Source of the DNA: Terriglobales bacterium
GTDB taxonomy: Bacteria > Acidobacteriota > Terriglobia > Terriglobales > Acidobacteriaceae
Length of the DNA stretch: 64,000 bases
Direction: 5' to 3'
Assembly: GCA_035484735.1 (NCBI GenBank)
Contig: DATHOQ010000042.1
Location: 22,460-86,459 of the forward strand
Position 1 is the first letter of the stretch; every line of letters starts with the position of its first letter. Under the pieces are notes generated by a model. It did no database searches, was not told the DNA's origin, and saw only the letters and a list, made by a program, of their open reading frames with translations. A program made the position numbers and the translations under genes. Positions 9,289 through 18,307 of this stretch are shown in pieces.

Positions 9289-10743
9289 ATGTCTGCAAGT
9301 GCCATCGTAGCGTCGGCCAAAAGACCGTCAGCAACCACCGGCCTCGCCTTCTGGATGCAACGTGTATTAGAGGAATGCGCTCGCGCGAGCGTGGATTTTG
9401 CCCCTGATCCGGTTCACGATCTCCGCGTCGCCCTTCGCCGCTGTCGCTCCATTGCCGATGGTTTGCGGGCGCTCGATCCCGACCCCTCCTGGAAACAGAT
9501 GAAGAAGGCTGCCAAACGCCTTTTCGACCGCCTGGGTGAACTCCGTGACGTGCAGGTAACGGAGGAATGGGTGGCGCGGTTGGGAGCTCTCGACGATCCC
9601 GTGACTGTTTCTCTGCTTCAGTTTCTGGCCGGTCGCGAAAGCCAACTCAAGCTCGAGGCCGCGCAGGCGCTCACGCAATTCGACCACAAACACTGGCACG
9701 GGTGGGCCGCGTCACTTCCGCGTCGCGCTGCCCGGATGCGGCCGGGTAGCCCCATCTTTCAGCACCTGGCGCTCGAGCGCTGGACCGCGGCCTATGAACT
9801 GCATCATCGCGCCCTGCGTAATCGCTCTCAGGTGGCCTTTCACCGGCTGCGCGTCGGCTTGAAACGCTTCCGCTACATCGTGGAAAACTTTCTACCGATG
9901 CAACATGCGGCATGGAGCGGCGACCTCAAGCAACTCCAGGATATTCTGGGCGAAGTGCATGACCTCGACGTACTCTGGGCCACGGCTGTGCAGGTCAATG
10001 CATTTCCAGATGCTGATGCCCGCTCGCACTGGCGCATTAAGATACTTGAAGAACGCAGCCGTCGTATTGAAACCTATCGCGAAAAGATGCTAGGCAAGGC
10101 TTCACTCTGGAACACGTGGCGCAACCAACTTCCGCAGAGTGAGCAAGTGGAGTCAATCGCCCTGAGCCGCCTGCGCCTGTGGGCCTCACTGCTCGATCCC
10201 GACTTCAAGCACTCGCAACACGTAGCCCGGCTGGCTTTGCAACTTTACGATGGCTTGCCGGCAATGCCAACCGAGAGCAGGGAAGAGCGCAACACGCTGC
10301 AACTCGCGGCTCTCCTTCACGACGTAGGCTTGTCACGAAAAGATAAAGCGCATCACAAGACCAGCCAGAAGCTGATTATGCGCCTGGATCCTCCCTTGGG
10401 ATGGAGCCAGGAGAAAATGAGGATGGTGGCAGCGGTGGCTCGCTACCATCGTGGTGCTTTCCCTCGGGCAGGACAGAAAGTATTGGCGGGATTCACCGTG
10501 AGCCAGCGTCAAACCGCGATCCGGCTCGCCGCCGTGCTTCGCTTAGCGAATGCATTCGACGCTGATCGCGACGGACGAATCGAACGTATCGCTTGCGAGG
10601 GTAAGAATGGCTTCCTGCTCATTCGCGCTCAGGCCTACAACCCGCGTGACCGCATGGCTGAGACCATTGCTGGCTCACGCCACCTGCTCGAGACGGTTTA
10701 CCGCCGGCCCGTCCTGGTCAAGGCTCTGCGGAAGGCTGGCTAG
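9289..10743 (+). CDS. CHAD domain plus HD-domain protein
   Basis: The N-terminal half has CHAD-like motifs (VHDLRVALRRCRS, HRLRVGLKRFRY). The C-terminal part has LLHDVGL and YHRG, resembling the Ppx/GppA-associated HD domain. Confidence 0.6.
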   Translation: MSASAIVASAKRPSATTGLAFWMQRVLEECARASVDFAPDPVHDLRVALRRCRSIADGLRALDPDPSWKQMKKAAKRLFDRLGELRDVQVTEEWVARLGALDDPVTVSLLQFLAGRESQLKLEAAQALTQFDHKHWHGWAASLPRRAARMRPGSPIFQHLALERWTAAYELHHRALRNRSQVAFHRLRVGLKRFRYIVENFLPMQHAAWSGDLKQLQDILGEVHDLDVLWATAVQVNAFPDADARSHWRIKILEERSRRIETYREKMLGKASLWNTWRNQLPQSEQVESIALSRLRLWASLLDPDFKHSQHVARLALQLYDGLPAMPTESREERNTLQLAALLHDVGLSRKDKAHHKTSQKLIMRLDPPLGWSQEKMRMVAAVARYHRGAFPRAGQKVLAGFTVSQRQTAIRLAAVLRLANAFDADRDGRIERIACEGKNGFLLIRAQAYNPRDRMAETIAGSRHLLETVYRRPVLVKALRKAG

Positions 10744-10770
10744 TTCGGTCCAGAACAGTTCGCACGCAAT

Positions 10771-11370
10771 CTATAACTCCCGCCGTCCCTCGATCGACTT
10801 CAACATGGTGATTTCGTCGGCGTATTCAATGTCACTCCCCACTGGGATGCCCATCGCAATGCGCGTAACCCGCAGCCCAGAGCGTCGCAATTGTCCGGAA
10901 AGATAGGTGGCGGTGGCTTCGCCTTCCACCGTCGGATTGGTGGCCAGAATTACCTCGTCGACCTGACCGTCGTCTACGCGCCGCATCAGGTTTGCGATGC
11001 GCAACTGTTCGGGACCTATCCCGTGCAGGGGTGAAATCGATCCGTGCAGCACGTGGTACACCCCATTGAAGTGCTGGGTTTTTTCGATGGCGGCAATGTT
11101 TGTGGCCTCTTCCAGCACGCAAACCAGCCGCTGATTCCGTGTAGCGCTGGTGCAATACACGCAAGGGTCAACATCCGTGATATTGTTGCAGATGCTGCAC
11201 AGGCGCAGATTGGCTTTCACGTCTCGCACCGCGGCAGCCAAGGCTTCCGCGTCCTCGTCGTTGGTCCGCAGGATGTGAAACGCCAGCCGCTGGGCAGTCT
11301 TACTGCCAATTCCCGGCAGCTTCTTCAACTCATCGATCAACCGTACCATCGGTTCTGCAAATTTTGACAT
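10771..11370 (-). CDS. recR: Recombination protein RecR
   Basis: Motifs LIDELKKLPGIGSKTAQRLAFHIL (HhH), a C4 zinc finger CSICNNITDVDPCVYC, and a Toprim region. Confidence 0.92.
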   Translation of the reverse strand: MSKFAEPMVRLIDELKKLPGIGSKTAQRLAFHILRTNDEDAEALAAAVRDVKANLRLCSICNNITDVDPCVYCTSATRNQRLVCVLEEATNIAAIEKTQHFNGVYHVLHGSISPLHGIGPEQLRIANLMRRVDDGQVDEVILATNPTVEGEATATYLSGQLRRSGLRVTRIAMGIPVGSDIEYADEITMLKSIEGRREL

Positions 11371-11429
11371 GATGATTGTGCAATTCGGTGATTAGATAAT
11401 TGAAAACCTAACTCCAAACGAAAGAAGTT

Positions 11430-12155
11430 CTACTGTTCTGTCGCAACGAACTCTCTCACGACTTTTCCCGCTTCATCCAGAAATTGCAGCGTCGGTTTAC
11501 CGTTGGGCTGGACAGCCAAAACGATTCGCGCTTTGCCCTTTTCGTCACGAATCTCCAGGCCCACGGAACCGTCCGGAGATCGTCCGACCACCATTCGCTT
11601 TACATCATGACGATGGGTTGAAAAGAATTTGCTCCAGGCAGCATCCTGCTGGTCTGCCGGAAGTTTCCGAATCTCCTCATTGGCCTTTCTCTTTTCCTCG
11701 ATGGGGAAATCGCCTTGATCTGCGATGGTAATGCGTGAGAACTTGGCCTTGCCCTCCTGCCCGGCATCAATCGCAAAGATCTGATTCTCCTCATACTGGT
11801 CGAGACTCAGATGCCCATGATTTTCGATGGTGCCGTCCGGAAGCTGGTTTGCACCCCAGATCAGGCCCCCTTGCTCCGTGCCCTCTTCGCTCATAAATAA
11901 CATGCCTGCCGCTTCTGTGCGATCAGGCCGTGGGTATTCCTTCTTTCGATTCAAGGCGCCCGGGAAGTCGGCCCGGTTTGAGATGGTCAGACGCACGGTT
12001 CCATCAGGCTCGATGATGTTTATGCGTCGCGCAGTAACAATATCGAAGTTTGGGTTGCGCACCATCGTAGCGCCGCAAAGGACAACCACCGTGAAAACAA
12101 TCGTGAGGACCCCGGAATACACGGTCAGAAACTTCGGGTTCGAGAAGAAGTTCAT
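11430..12155 (-). CDS. Membrane-anchored hypothetical protein
   Basis: A 241-aa protein with one N-terminal TM (VYSGVLTIVFTVVVLCGA) and repeated PDG[TS]V.L.I segments. I recognise no family. It lies between ybaB and recR. Confidence 0.5.
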   Translation of the reverse strand: MNFFSNPKFLTVYSGVLTIVFTVVVLCGATMVRNPNFDIVTARRINIIEPDGTVRLTISNRADFPGALNRKKEYPRPDRTEAAGMLFMSEEGTEQGGLIWGANQLPDGTIENHGHLSLDQYEENQIFAIDAGQEGKAKFSRITIADQGDFPIEEKRKANEEIRKLPADQQDAAWSKFFSTHRHDVKRMVVGRSPDGSVGLEIRDEKGKARIVLAVQPNGKPTLQFLDEAGKVVREFVATEQ

Positions 12156-12227
12156 AGCTGCTCCTTAAGAACTTCACTAAGTTACGCTATTGCAACCCGA
12201 ATGGTTCAATCAACCAACGATTCGATT

Positions 12228-12533
12228 TCACAATCCCGGAATTCCCATTCCACCCAACATGCCGCCCATGGTGGATTGCATGGCCTCGTCTACCTTGCGG
12301 CCGGCGCCATTGATCGCAGCGGTCACCAGGTCCTGCAACATTTCCACGTCGCCGCTCTTTACCGCTTCAGGATCGATCTTGACGCTCAAAACCTGCTTGC
12401 GGCCATCCATCTTGACCACCACACTGCCGCCGCCCGAGGAACCTTCGACCACGGTCTCTTCCATCTTCTTCTGCAAGACTTCGTACTGCCGCTTGGCCTG
12501 CGACATCATTTCCTGCAAGTTAAATCCACTCAT
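12228..12533 (-). CDS. ybaB: Nucleoid-associated protein YbaB/EbfC
   Basis: A 101-aa protein with NLQEMMSQAKRQYEVLQKKMEE...V.V.MDG...V..V.IDPE, in the canonical position after dnaX. Confidence 0.88.
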   Translation of the reverse strand: MSGFNLQEMMSQAKRQYEVLQKKMEETVVEGSSGGGSVVVKMDGRKQVLSVKIDPEAVKSGDVEMLQDLVTAAINGAGRKVDEAMQSTMGGMLGGMGIPGL

Positions 12534-12545
12534 CGTGTCTCTTTC

Positions 12546-14318
12546 CTACTGCTTCTCCTTGTAATCAATGATCGTCCTGATCTCCGCCCCAAATTTCTCT
12601 TTCATCCGCCGCACCACCGGGTCTTGCTCCACTCGGCTGCGTCCACCACCGTTCGATCGCGCCGGTCCTGCCGTCCCTGGCGGTTTTCCACTCGGCACAA
12701 CTTTCAACTTCACCGGACGCCCCAGGACCCCGCAGGCCGTCGCGATCACTAATCGCCTAGCATCCGCTGCCAGCGACATCTCAATCACGCTTGCCGACGA
12801 CGACACCTTGATCACCAGCTCGTTGCCTTCAACGTTCCATTCTCCACTCTCCAGAAGCGCTAGCAGCATCGGTTGCCCCGCAAGCGCGTTCAGGACTGCG
12901 TTGCGTAAGTCGACGGGCTGGGACGTCGGCACTGCGGAAATCCCCAATTCTGACAACTCCTCGGGTTCCGGCTGAGGTACAACCGCAGGCGCTGCCGCGC
13001 CCATCACTACCCGGGTCCCGGTAGGGCCATCTTCGGTAGAAAGTTGCGGCTTAGAACCACCCTTCCGGGCCGAATCCGCCGCAAACGGAGAAACCTGGTT
13101 CGACGTCCGGGCCACCGGAGCAATCTCAGGTTTCCTGAGGTCCGGCACAACAGAGGGTTTTCCCACTGGTCGCGACCCACTCGGCGTCGCCGCTTCACTC
13201 AATAACTGTTCGATCGGGAGCAGCCGCTGAGCATGCGCCATCTTCAGCAATCCAAGCTCTAGATGAAAGCGCTGTTCTTGACGGTACCCCAGTTCGGCGT
13301 GAGTGCGCAGCATGATTTGCAGATGCCGTGCCAAATCTTCTTCGCTGAACAATTCCGCAACTCGTGCAACCCGCTGCCGCTCGTCCGTGGAAATCTGCAG
13401 CAGGGAAGACTCTCCGCCGGCAATCTTTGCGACTACTGTGTTGCGCAGAAACCGCACCATCTGGCGTGCAAAGTGTGTGGGACTGTGGCCTTCGCTGATG
13501 AGCCGGTCTACCAGCTTCAGCACTTCATCACTCGCGCTTCGCGCCACCGCCTGCATCACTTCTTCCAGTACACCCGCAGGCGCCGTCCCCACCAATTGCC
13601 GCACCGTTTCCGCGGTCAGCCGCCCGCCCGATGACGCGATCGCCTGATCCAGAATCGACAGCGCGTCCCGCATCGAGCCGTCCCCGGCTTCAGCCAGCAA
13701 GGCCAACGCGTCTTCGTCAGCTTCGATCTTTTCCCGCCCTGCCAGGTCTCTCAGCTGCCCCAGTATTTCTTCGAAACGGACCGCCCGAAAGCTGAAGTGT
13801 TGGCAGCGCGACCGAATGGTTTGTGGAATATCTTCAGGCTGCGTAGTGGCCAGCATGAAAACCACGTGCGACGGTGGCTCCTCCAGCGTTTTCAACAACG
13901 CATTGAACGCTGCGTCGGTGATCTGGTGAGCTTCATCCAGAATGTAAATCTTGAATGGATCCCGCGCCGGACGATAGCGGGCAGCTTCGCGCAACTCGCG
14001 AATCTCGTCAATCCCGCGATTGGTGGCGGCGTCAATCTCAATCACATCCACCGAATTGCCGGCGCGAATCTCGGTACACGATTCACACACACCACAAGGT
14101 TCCGTCACCGGCTTATCGGAGGAGCGGCAGTTGAGGGCCATCGCCAGAATGCGCGCCACCGTGGTCTTGCCGATGCCGCGGTGGCCGCTGAAAATGTATC
14201 CATGCGCGGTTCGACCCTGTTCCAGGGCGTTCTTTAGGGTGCGGGTTACGTGATCCTGCCCGATGACTTCGGAGAAGTTTTGCGGCCGGTATTTGCGCGC
14301 CAGGACTTGATAGCTCAT
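12546..14318 (-). CDS. dnaX: DNA polymerase III subunits gamma/tau
   Basis: MSYQVLARKYRPQNFSEVIGQDHV, Walker A GHRGIGKTT, zinc module CGVCESC, and DEAH. The start is placed at the internal Met (14318) rather than the ORF-track start at 14369. Confidence 0.9.
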   Translation of the reverse strand: MSYQVLARKYRPQNFSEVIGQDHVTRTLKNALEQGRTAHGYIFSGHRGIGKTTVARILAMALNCRSSDKPVTEPCGVCESCTEIRAGNSVDVIEIDAATNRGIDEIRELREAARYRPARDPFKIYILDEAHQITDAAFNALLKTLEEPPSHVVFMLATTQPEDIPQTIRSRCQHFSFRAVRFEEILGQLRDLAGREKIEADEDALALLAEAGDGSMRDALSILDQAIASSGGRLTAETVRQLVGTAPAGVLEEVMQAVARSASDEVLKLVDRLISEGHSPTHFARQMVRFLRNTVVAKIAGGESSLLQISTDERQRVARVAELFSEEDLARHLQIMLRTHAELGYRQEQRFHLELGLLKMAHAQRLLPIEQLLSEAATPSGSRPVGKPSVVPDLRKPEIAPVARTSNQVSPFAADSARKGGSKPQLSTEDGPTGTRVVMGAAAPAVVPQPEPEELSELGISAVPTSQPVDLRNAVLNALAGQPMLLALLESGEWNVEGNELVIKVSSSASVIEMSLAADARRLVIATACGVLGRPVKLKVVPSGKPPGTAGPARSNGGGRSRVEQDPVVRRMKEKFGAEIRTIIDYKEKQ

Positions 14319-14459
14319 GATGCGGAAGCCTTGATTATACGTGATGCTGGCCGGGCAGCGTGCCGCCAACGCGGCCTCGACTACCCACGAAGCCCTTGCT
14401 TAAATAGGTGTCCCAAGGTACGCTTCTCAGTTGGTTTTCTAGCTTGCAGGAGGCCCGGT

Positions 14460-14813
14460 TTGCAACTCAAGATAAGTACCCGGATCGTGGATGGCGTTCT
14501 GATTGTGGATTGTGCCGGACGCCTGGTGTTCGGGGAAGAATCCGCCTATCTTCGTGACACCGTCAAGAAGCTGATTGTGGAGCAAAGGCGGTTGGTCCTC
14601 AACTTGTCCGGTATCGTTTTTATCGATAGCGGTGGCTTGGGAACGCTCGTGGCCCTCTACACTACCGCGCACCACAACAACGGGCACATCAAGTTGGCTA
14701 ATTTGACAAAGCGCGTTATCGACTTGCTTCACTTGACCAAACTGGTGACGGTCTTTGAGGTTTACGACAGCGAGCAGCAAGCCGTGGATGCCTACAAAGG
14801 CACAGCGGCATAA
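14460..14813 (+). CDS. STAS-domain anti-sigma-factor antagonist
   Basis: TTG at 14460 lies 6 nt after GGAGG (14449-14453). Motifs GRLVFGEE...LVLNLSGIVFIDSGGLGTLV are present. The upstream part of the 187-aa track ORF overlaps dnaX and is not coding. Confidence 0.75.
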   Translation: MQLKISTRIVDGVLIVDCAGRLVFGEESAYLRDTVKKLIVEQRRLVLNLSGIVFIDSGGLGTLVALYTTAHHNNGHIKLANLTKRVIDLLHLTKLVTVFEVYDSEQQAVDAYKGTAA

Positions 14814-14864
14814 GGCTGGCGCGGCGCTGGCGCACTCGTCAGTGCCGCTTCTCACCAATCCCGA

Positions 14865-15788
14865 ATGATACCGAAAATCGTCTTCTTTCTCGGGCTGGTC
14901 GCAGCCGCCAGCGGATTCGCCTCGCCTCCGGTCGCGCTCGCGATGGGCCTCATCTTTGGACTGGCGTTTAAACATCCCTACAGCATGGGTGCCCGCAAGC
15001 TTTCCCGTTTTCTGCTGCAAGCCTCGGTGGTGGGCCTTGGTTTCGGCATGAACCTTCACGAGGTCATCCGCGTCGGCCGCAGCGGGTTTCTATACACTTT
15101 GCTGAGTATCAGTTTCACCATGCTTGCCGGTATGACATTGGCGGCGCTTTTCAAGGTGGAGCGAAGGCCGGCATTTCTGATTTCTACCGGCACTGCCATT
15201 TGTGGCGGAAGCGCCATCGCCGCTGTGGGACCGATCACCCACGCCAGCGACGAAGAAATGGCTATCTCTCTCGGCACCGTTTTTGTGCTCAATTCGGTGG
15301 CGCTGCTGACATTCCCTTTCCTCGGCGCCGCCTTTCATTTGACCCAGACCCAGTTCGGTTTGTGGGCTGCGCTGGCCATTCATGACACTAGTTCCGTGGT
15401 GGGTGCTGCGGCTAAGTACGGTGCCGTGGCCCTCGCGGTGGGCACCACGGTGAAACTGGCGCGCGCCTTGTGGATCGTCCCCGTCGCGCTGGCAACGGCG
15501 GTGGCGAAAGGTGCGAAGGCCAAGATTCAGTGGCCGTGGTTCATAGCTTTTTTCTGTCTGGCGGCGGTTTGCAACACTTATCTTCCAGTTGGCGCGCCCG
15601 CCTATGGATTGCTTACCAAACTCGCGAAAATCGGCCTGACCGTGACCCTTTACCTGATCGGCAGCGGCATTTCCATCGGTACCCTGAAAGAAGTGGGGCA
15701 TCGTCCGCTCTTGCAGGGAATCGTGCTATGGCTGTTGGTCTCGGTTGCATCGCTGTGGCTGATTCGAGTGGGATGGATCGCGCTGTGA
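14865..15788 (+). CDS. YeiH/UPF0324-family membrane protein (putative sulfate exporter family)
   Basis: A 307-aa polytopic protein with TAICGGSAIAA and IHDTSSVVGAA motifs typical of this family. Confidence 0.65.
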   Translation: MIPKIVFFLGLVAAASGFASPPVALAMGLIFGLAFKHPYSMGARKLSRFLLQASVVGLGFGMNLHEVIRVGRSGFLYTLLSISFTMLAGMTLAALFKVERRPAFLISTGTAICGGSAIAAVGPITHASDEEMAISLGTVFVLNSVALLTFPFLGAAFHLTQTQFGLWAALAIHDTSSVVGAAAKYGAVALAVGTTVKLARALWIVPVALATAVAKGAKAKIQWPWFIAFFCLAAVCNTYLPVGAPAYGLLTKLAKIGLTVTLYLIGSGISIGTLKEVGHRPLLQGIVLWLLVSVASLWLIRVGWIAL

Positions 15789-15799
15789 GTCCCGTGAGC

Positions 15800-16129
15800 A
15801 TGCAAACTCGCATCATCGCCGCCATCCGCAAAATCCCGAAAGGCAAGGTTTCCACCTACGGTGCCATTGCCCGCGCGGCGGGTTATCCCGGAGCTGCGAG
15901 GCGTGTGGCTTGGACCCTGCACCGCTCTTTCGGGCTCCCCTGGCAGCGTGTGCTCGGAGCGGGAGGAGCAATCAAGCTTCGTGGAGATTCCGCCATCGAA
16001 CAGCGGCTTCGGCTGGAAGCTGAGGGTGTGGTCTTCCGTGGTCGCCGCGTGGATATGAAGCGACACGAATTCAAGCCGGCCCAAATCAAAAAGTCAGTAG
16101 CCGCGAAACGAGGAGCGCCGAAGGCCTAA
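15800..16129 (+). CDS. atl: Alkyltransferase-like (ATL) protein, MGMT DNA-binding fold without the reactive Cys
   Basis: IPKGKVSTYGAIARAAG...PWQRVLGAGG: the canonical PCHRV active site reads PWQRV (Cys to Trp), the ATL hallmark. An alternative GTG start at 15785 overlaps the yeiH stop. Confidence 0.7.
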   Translation: MQTRIIAAIRKIPKGKVSTYGAIARAAGYPGAARRVAWTLHRSFGLPWQRVLGAGGAIKLRGDSAIEQRLRLEAEGVVFRGRRVDMKRHEFKPAQIKKSVAAKRGAPKA

Positions 16130-16526
16130 CGACCCGTTTTAAACTGCTCGTCAATCTCCACCTGATATCCCGCCACCAAGCGGTTGGTCTCGTTCGCCAT
16201 GCCGACCACCGCCATCAATTCTTTGAACATGGCGTCCGTCATGCCTTTCTTTTGCGCCGAGACGGTATGCGAAGCGATGCAGTAGTCACATTGATTGCTG
16301 ACGCTCACTGCCACATAAATCATTCTTTGGTCAGAGGATCAAGCGCTCCCGGGCCCATGATCTGCTTGATATCTTCCCAGGTCCGCTTGAGGGTTACCGG
16401 GTCATGCGCCAGCGCTTTCCAGAAATTGTTGATCCAATCCGTCTTGCGGGTGGCCATGATGTCGTCATAAACCGCCCGTACCTCCGGGCTGGCATTCTTG
16501 TATTCAATGAGTCCAAGTGTCGCCAT
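16126..16526 (-). pseudogene. Carboxymuconolactone decarboxylase (AhpD-like) family gene split by a 1-nt frameshift
   Basis: The two track ORFs (16320-16526 and 16126-16323) together give a colinear AhpD-like protein: ...GALDPLTKE* / MIYVAVSVSNQCDYCIASH... The junction reads AAAGAATGATTTAT. One extra nt after GAA would restore TKE-L/M-IYVAVS in a single frame. Confidence 0.7.
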
Positions 16527-16567
16527 TCATCTTCTCCTGGAGAATTGTGTGACGCAGCGCCGCCGTC

Positions 16568-16595
16568 CCTCTGTGATCCTCTGTGTCCCCTGTGA
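16568..16595. repeat. Short tandem repeat (CCTCTGTGA / CCTCTGTGT / CCCCTGTGA)
   Basis: Three consecutive 9-10-nt units in the gap between the cld-like gene and the AhpD-like gene. Confidence 0.6.
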
Positions 16596-16617
16596 TTAGG
16601 ATTTTGCTGGAGCTAAC

Positions 16618-17499
16618 TTATCGCTTCGCCGCATCGCCTTTGGGTGTTTGCCCGCTCAGCAATTTTCCCAGTTCGCTCGACAAGCAACGCAGTCCAACAT
16701 AGAAATGGCCAAACAAAGCGTACACCGCGCTGACCTCGTCAAAACGCATCTCGTAGATTAGCTTCTTGAAAACCAGCGGATCATCTGCAAATAAATCCAC
16801 GCCCCACTCCCAGTCATCGAATCCAATCGATCCGGTGATGATCTGCTTCACCTCACCCGCGTAGCGCCGGCCTACCAAGCCGTGCAGGTTCATTTGGCGG
16901 GCACGTTCTTCGATCGGCAGTCGGTACCAGTTCTGATCTTCTCCCCGCCTGCGATCCATGGGGTAAAAGGAAACGTAACGGTTCTGCGGGATCTGCGGAA
17001 ACAGCCGCGACCGCATTGCCTCCCGTTGCCGCGCCAGGGTATCGTTGATGGCCCGCTTCCATTCTTCCGAGTGCGGTTCCACGCCCTGTTCGACCAGTTC
17101 GTTGTAGGTCTTCACCGTGGATTCATACAGCCCCAGCTCAATCACCGACAAATACGAGGTCGTCGGCTCCAGATAATCGCTCAGCTTTAATTGTGCGATC
17201 TGGAGTTCGGCTTGGTTCAAGTCCGCAAACGACTCACGGAAATGAACGAACATTAAATCACCCTTGTGGCCCAACAACGAATAGAGTGCCGATTGTCCCG
17301 AGGCATTCTGCTCCATCTTCGCCAGCGCACCGCTGGCTTCGCGGATGATCTCTTTCTTCAGAGTGGAACGTAGAGGACGCCACGCCGGCCAGCGAAACCG
17401 CATCATCTGATGCAGCACGCTATAGCCTTCGATGGTCAACGGAACGGGCGGGATCTCAATCGAACCTGCTTGCCGGCCAATCGTGCGAGAAGAGGACAT
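16618..17499 (-). CDS. Chlorite dismutase-family protein (ChdC/HemQ-like)
   Basis: A 293-aa protein with EGYSVLHQMMRFRW, YVSFYPMDRRR, and ITGSIGFDDWEWGVDLFADDPLVFKKLIYEMRFDEVSA, characteristic of the Cld/HemQ fold. Confidence 0.75.
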   Translation of the reverse strand: MSSSRTIGRQAGSIEIPPVPLTIEGYSVLHQMMRFRWPAWRPLRSTLKKEIIREASGALAKMEQNASGQSALYSLLGHKGDLMFVHFRESFADLNQAELQIAQLKLSDYLEPTTSYLSVIELGLYESTVKTYNELVEQGVEPHSEEWKRAINDTLARQREAMRSRLFPQIPQNRYVSFYPMDRRRGEDQNWYRLPIEERARQMNLHGLVGRRYAGEVKQIITGSIGFDDWEWGVDLFADDPLVFKKLIYEMRFDEVSAVYALFGHFYVGLRCLSSELGKLLSGQTPKGDAAKR

Positions 17500-17545
17500 G
17501 GGCGAAGTACCTGCGCCCTATTGTAACCGCGACGGTGTTGAGAAA

Positions 17546-17584
17546 GAGCAGGTTCCCGGGACCCGAGCGCTCCGGGAACCGCTC
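17546..17584 (-). terminator. Hairpin terminator after the 56-aa ORF
   Basis: GGTTCCCGG (17551-17559) pairs with CCGGGAACC (17572-17580), extended by GAGC/GCTC with one bulge. On the minus strand it is followed by TTTCTC, and it starts 10 nt after the stop. Confidence 0.6.
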
Positions 17585-17593
17585 TTCGGCTGT

Positions 17594-17764
17594 TCAGTTC
17601 AGCCGATTCGTAGCCGCCGCCTGGGCATAGTCCAACAGGTCGGTGACGGTGATGCCAGCCACGAGCAAATCCACTACATCTTCTAGCGTCAGTCCCGCCG
17701 CTGAAGATACCTCCTGCAATACTTCAACCACAGGAGCCACGGGTGCTGCTTGTGCACCAATCAT
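17594..17764 (-). CDS. Small acidic protein, 56 aa, unknown function
   Basis: ATG 17764 lies 5 nt after a perfect GAGGAGG SD (17770-17776). The product is MIGAQAAPVAPVVEVLQEVSSAAGLTLEDVVDLLVAGITVTDLLDYAQAAATNRLN. A terminator follows. Confidence 0.55.
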   Translation of the reverse strand: MIGAQAAPVAPVVEVLQEVSSAAGLTLEDVVDLLVAGITVTDLLDYAQAAATNRLN

Positions 17765-17913
17765 TGTTGCCTCCTCTTTGGGAATTGAGTTGAAAAATGG
17801 GCAGCGCGACAAAAACGCAGGGCGTTCCCCTCAGACCGCCTGGCTTGTAGCCGCACTGCCCCTTCTTGCTCCAAAAAAATGGGAGCAAGCTTATGGCATG
17901 GCGCGGCGAAGCG

Positions 17914-18207
17914 TCAGCAACGAAGAGAAATCAACACCGAGAGAGAAGGCGATTGAGCAGAAAGCAGTGAGGAATCCCCGCCAGATTGTCGGATGTCCGG
18001 GGAAATAGCGACCTTGACTGGGACACTGATCGACAACAACGCAGGTCCAGAAGTGGTTCGCGCGTGAATCACCAGTGGAGCAGTCCCCCCCTGAAAGGCA
18101 GTATCTGGAAGGTCCCACTCGTCAGGAATTAGCACGATCAGAAGGATGGCTACGAGCACACTGGCTAGCACCAATACCTGCCACCGGGATATGCCCCAAC
18201 CCTTCAT
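17914..18207 (-). CDS. Small single-pass membrane protein, unknown function
   Basis: A 97-aa protein with N-terminal TM WQVLVLASVLVAILLIVLI followed by PDEWDLPDTAF. There is no clear SD, and the C-terminal half is low complexity, so coding status is uncertain. Confidence 0.35.
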   Translation of the reverse strand: MKGWGISRWQVLVLASVLVAILLIVLIPDEWDLPDTAFQGGTAPLVIHARTTSGPALLSISVPVKVAISPDIRQSGGDSSLLSAQSPSLSVLISLRC

Positions 18208-18307
18208 GCGGTTGAAGAATAACGGCTCGGCAGGCCCGTGTCAACGCCACCGACGGGCTATGCGGCCTACTTCTTGAGTCCCTGGAGCCAGTTCGCCGGC
18301 TCGTCAA

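Noticed and set aside
12546-14318. Programmed -1 frameshift site in dnaX (gamma/tau)
   Set aside because: On reading the gene I found no A-AAA-AAG-type slippery heptamer or long A run. This cannot be excluded without a computational scan.
14250-14459. 5' extension of the STAS ORF (the 187-aa version in the track)
   Set aside because: The extension overlaps the dnaX 5' end on the opposite strand. The STAS domain begins at an in-frame TTG with a GGAGG SD at ideal spacing.
17594-17764. The 56-aa acidic ORF as a RiPP precursor
   Set aside because: No maturase, protease or transporter genes are adjacent, and no recognisable leader (Nif11/NHLP) or Cys/Ser/Thr-rich core is present. It is kept only as a small protein of unknown function.
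17643-18008. A 121-aa plus-strand ORF overlapping the 56-aa and 97-aa minus-strand ORFs
   Set aside because: It has no SD and is low complexity. The 56-aa minus-strand ORF has a perfect SD and a terminator. Confidence in the 97-aa ORF is low as well.
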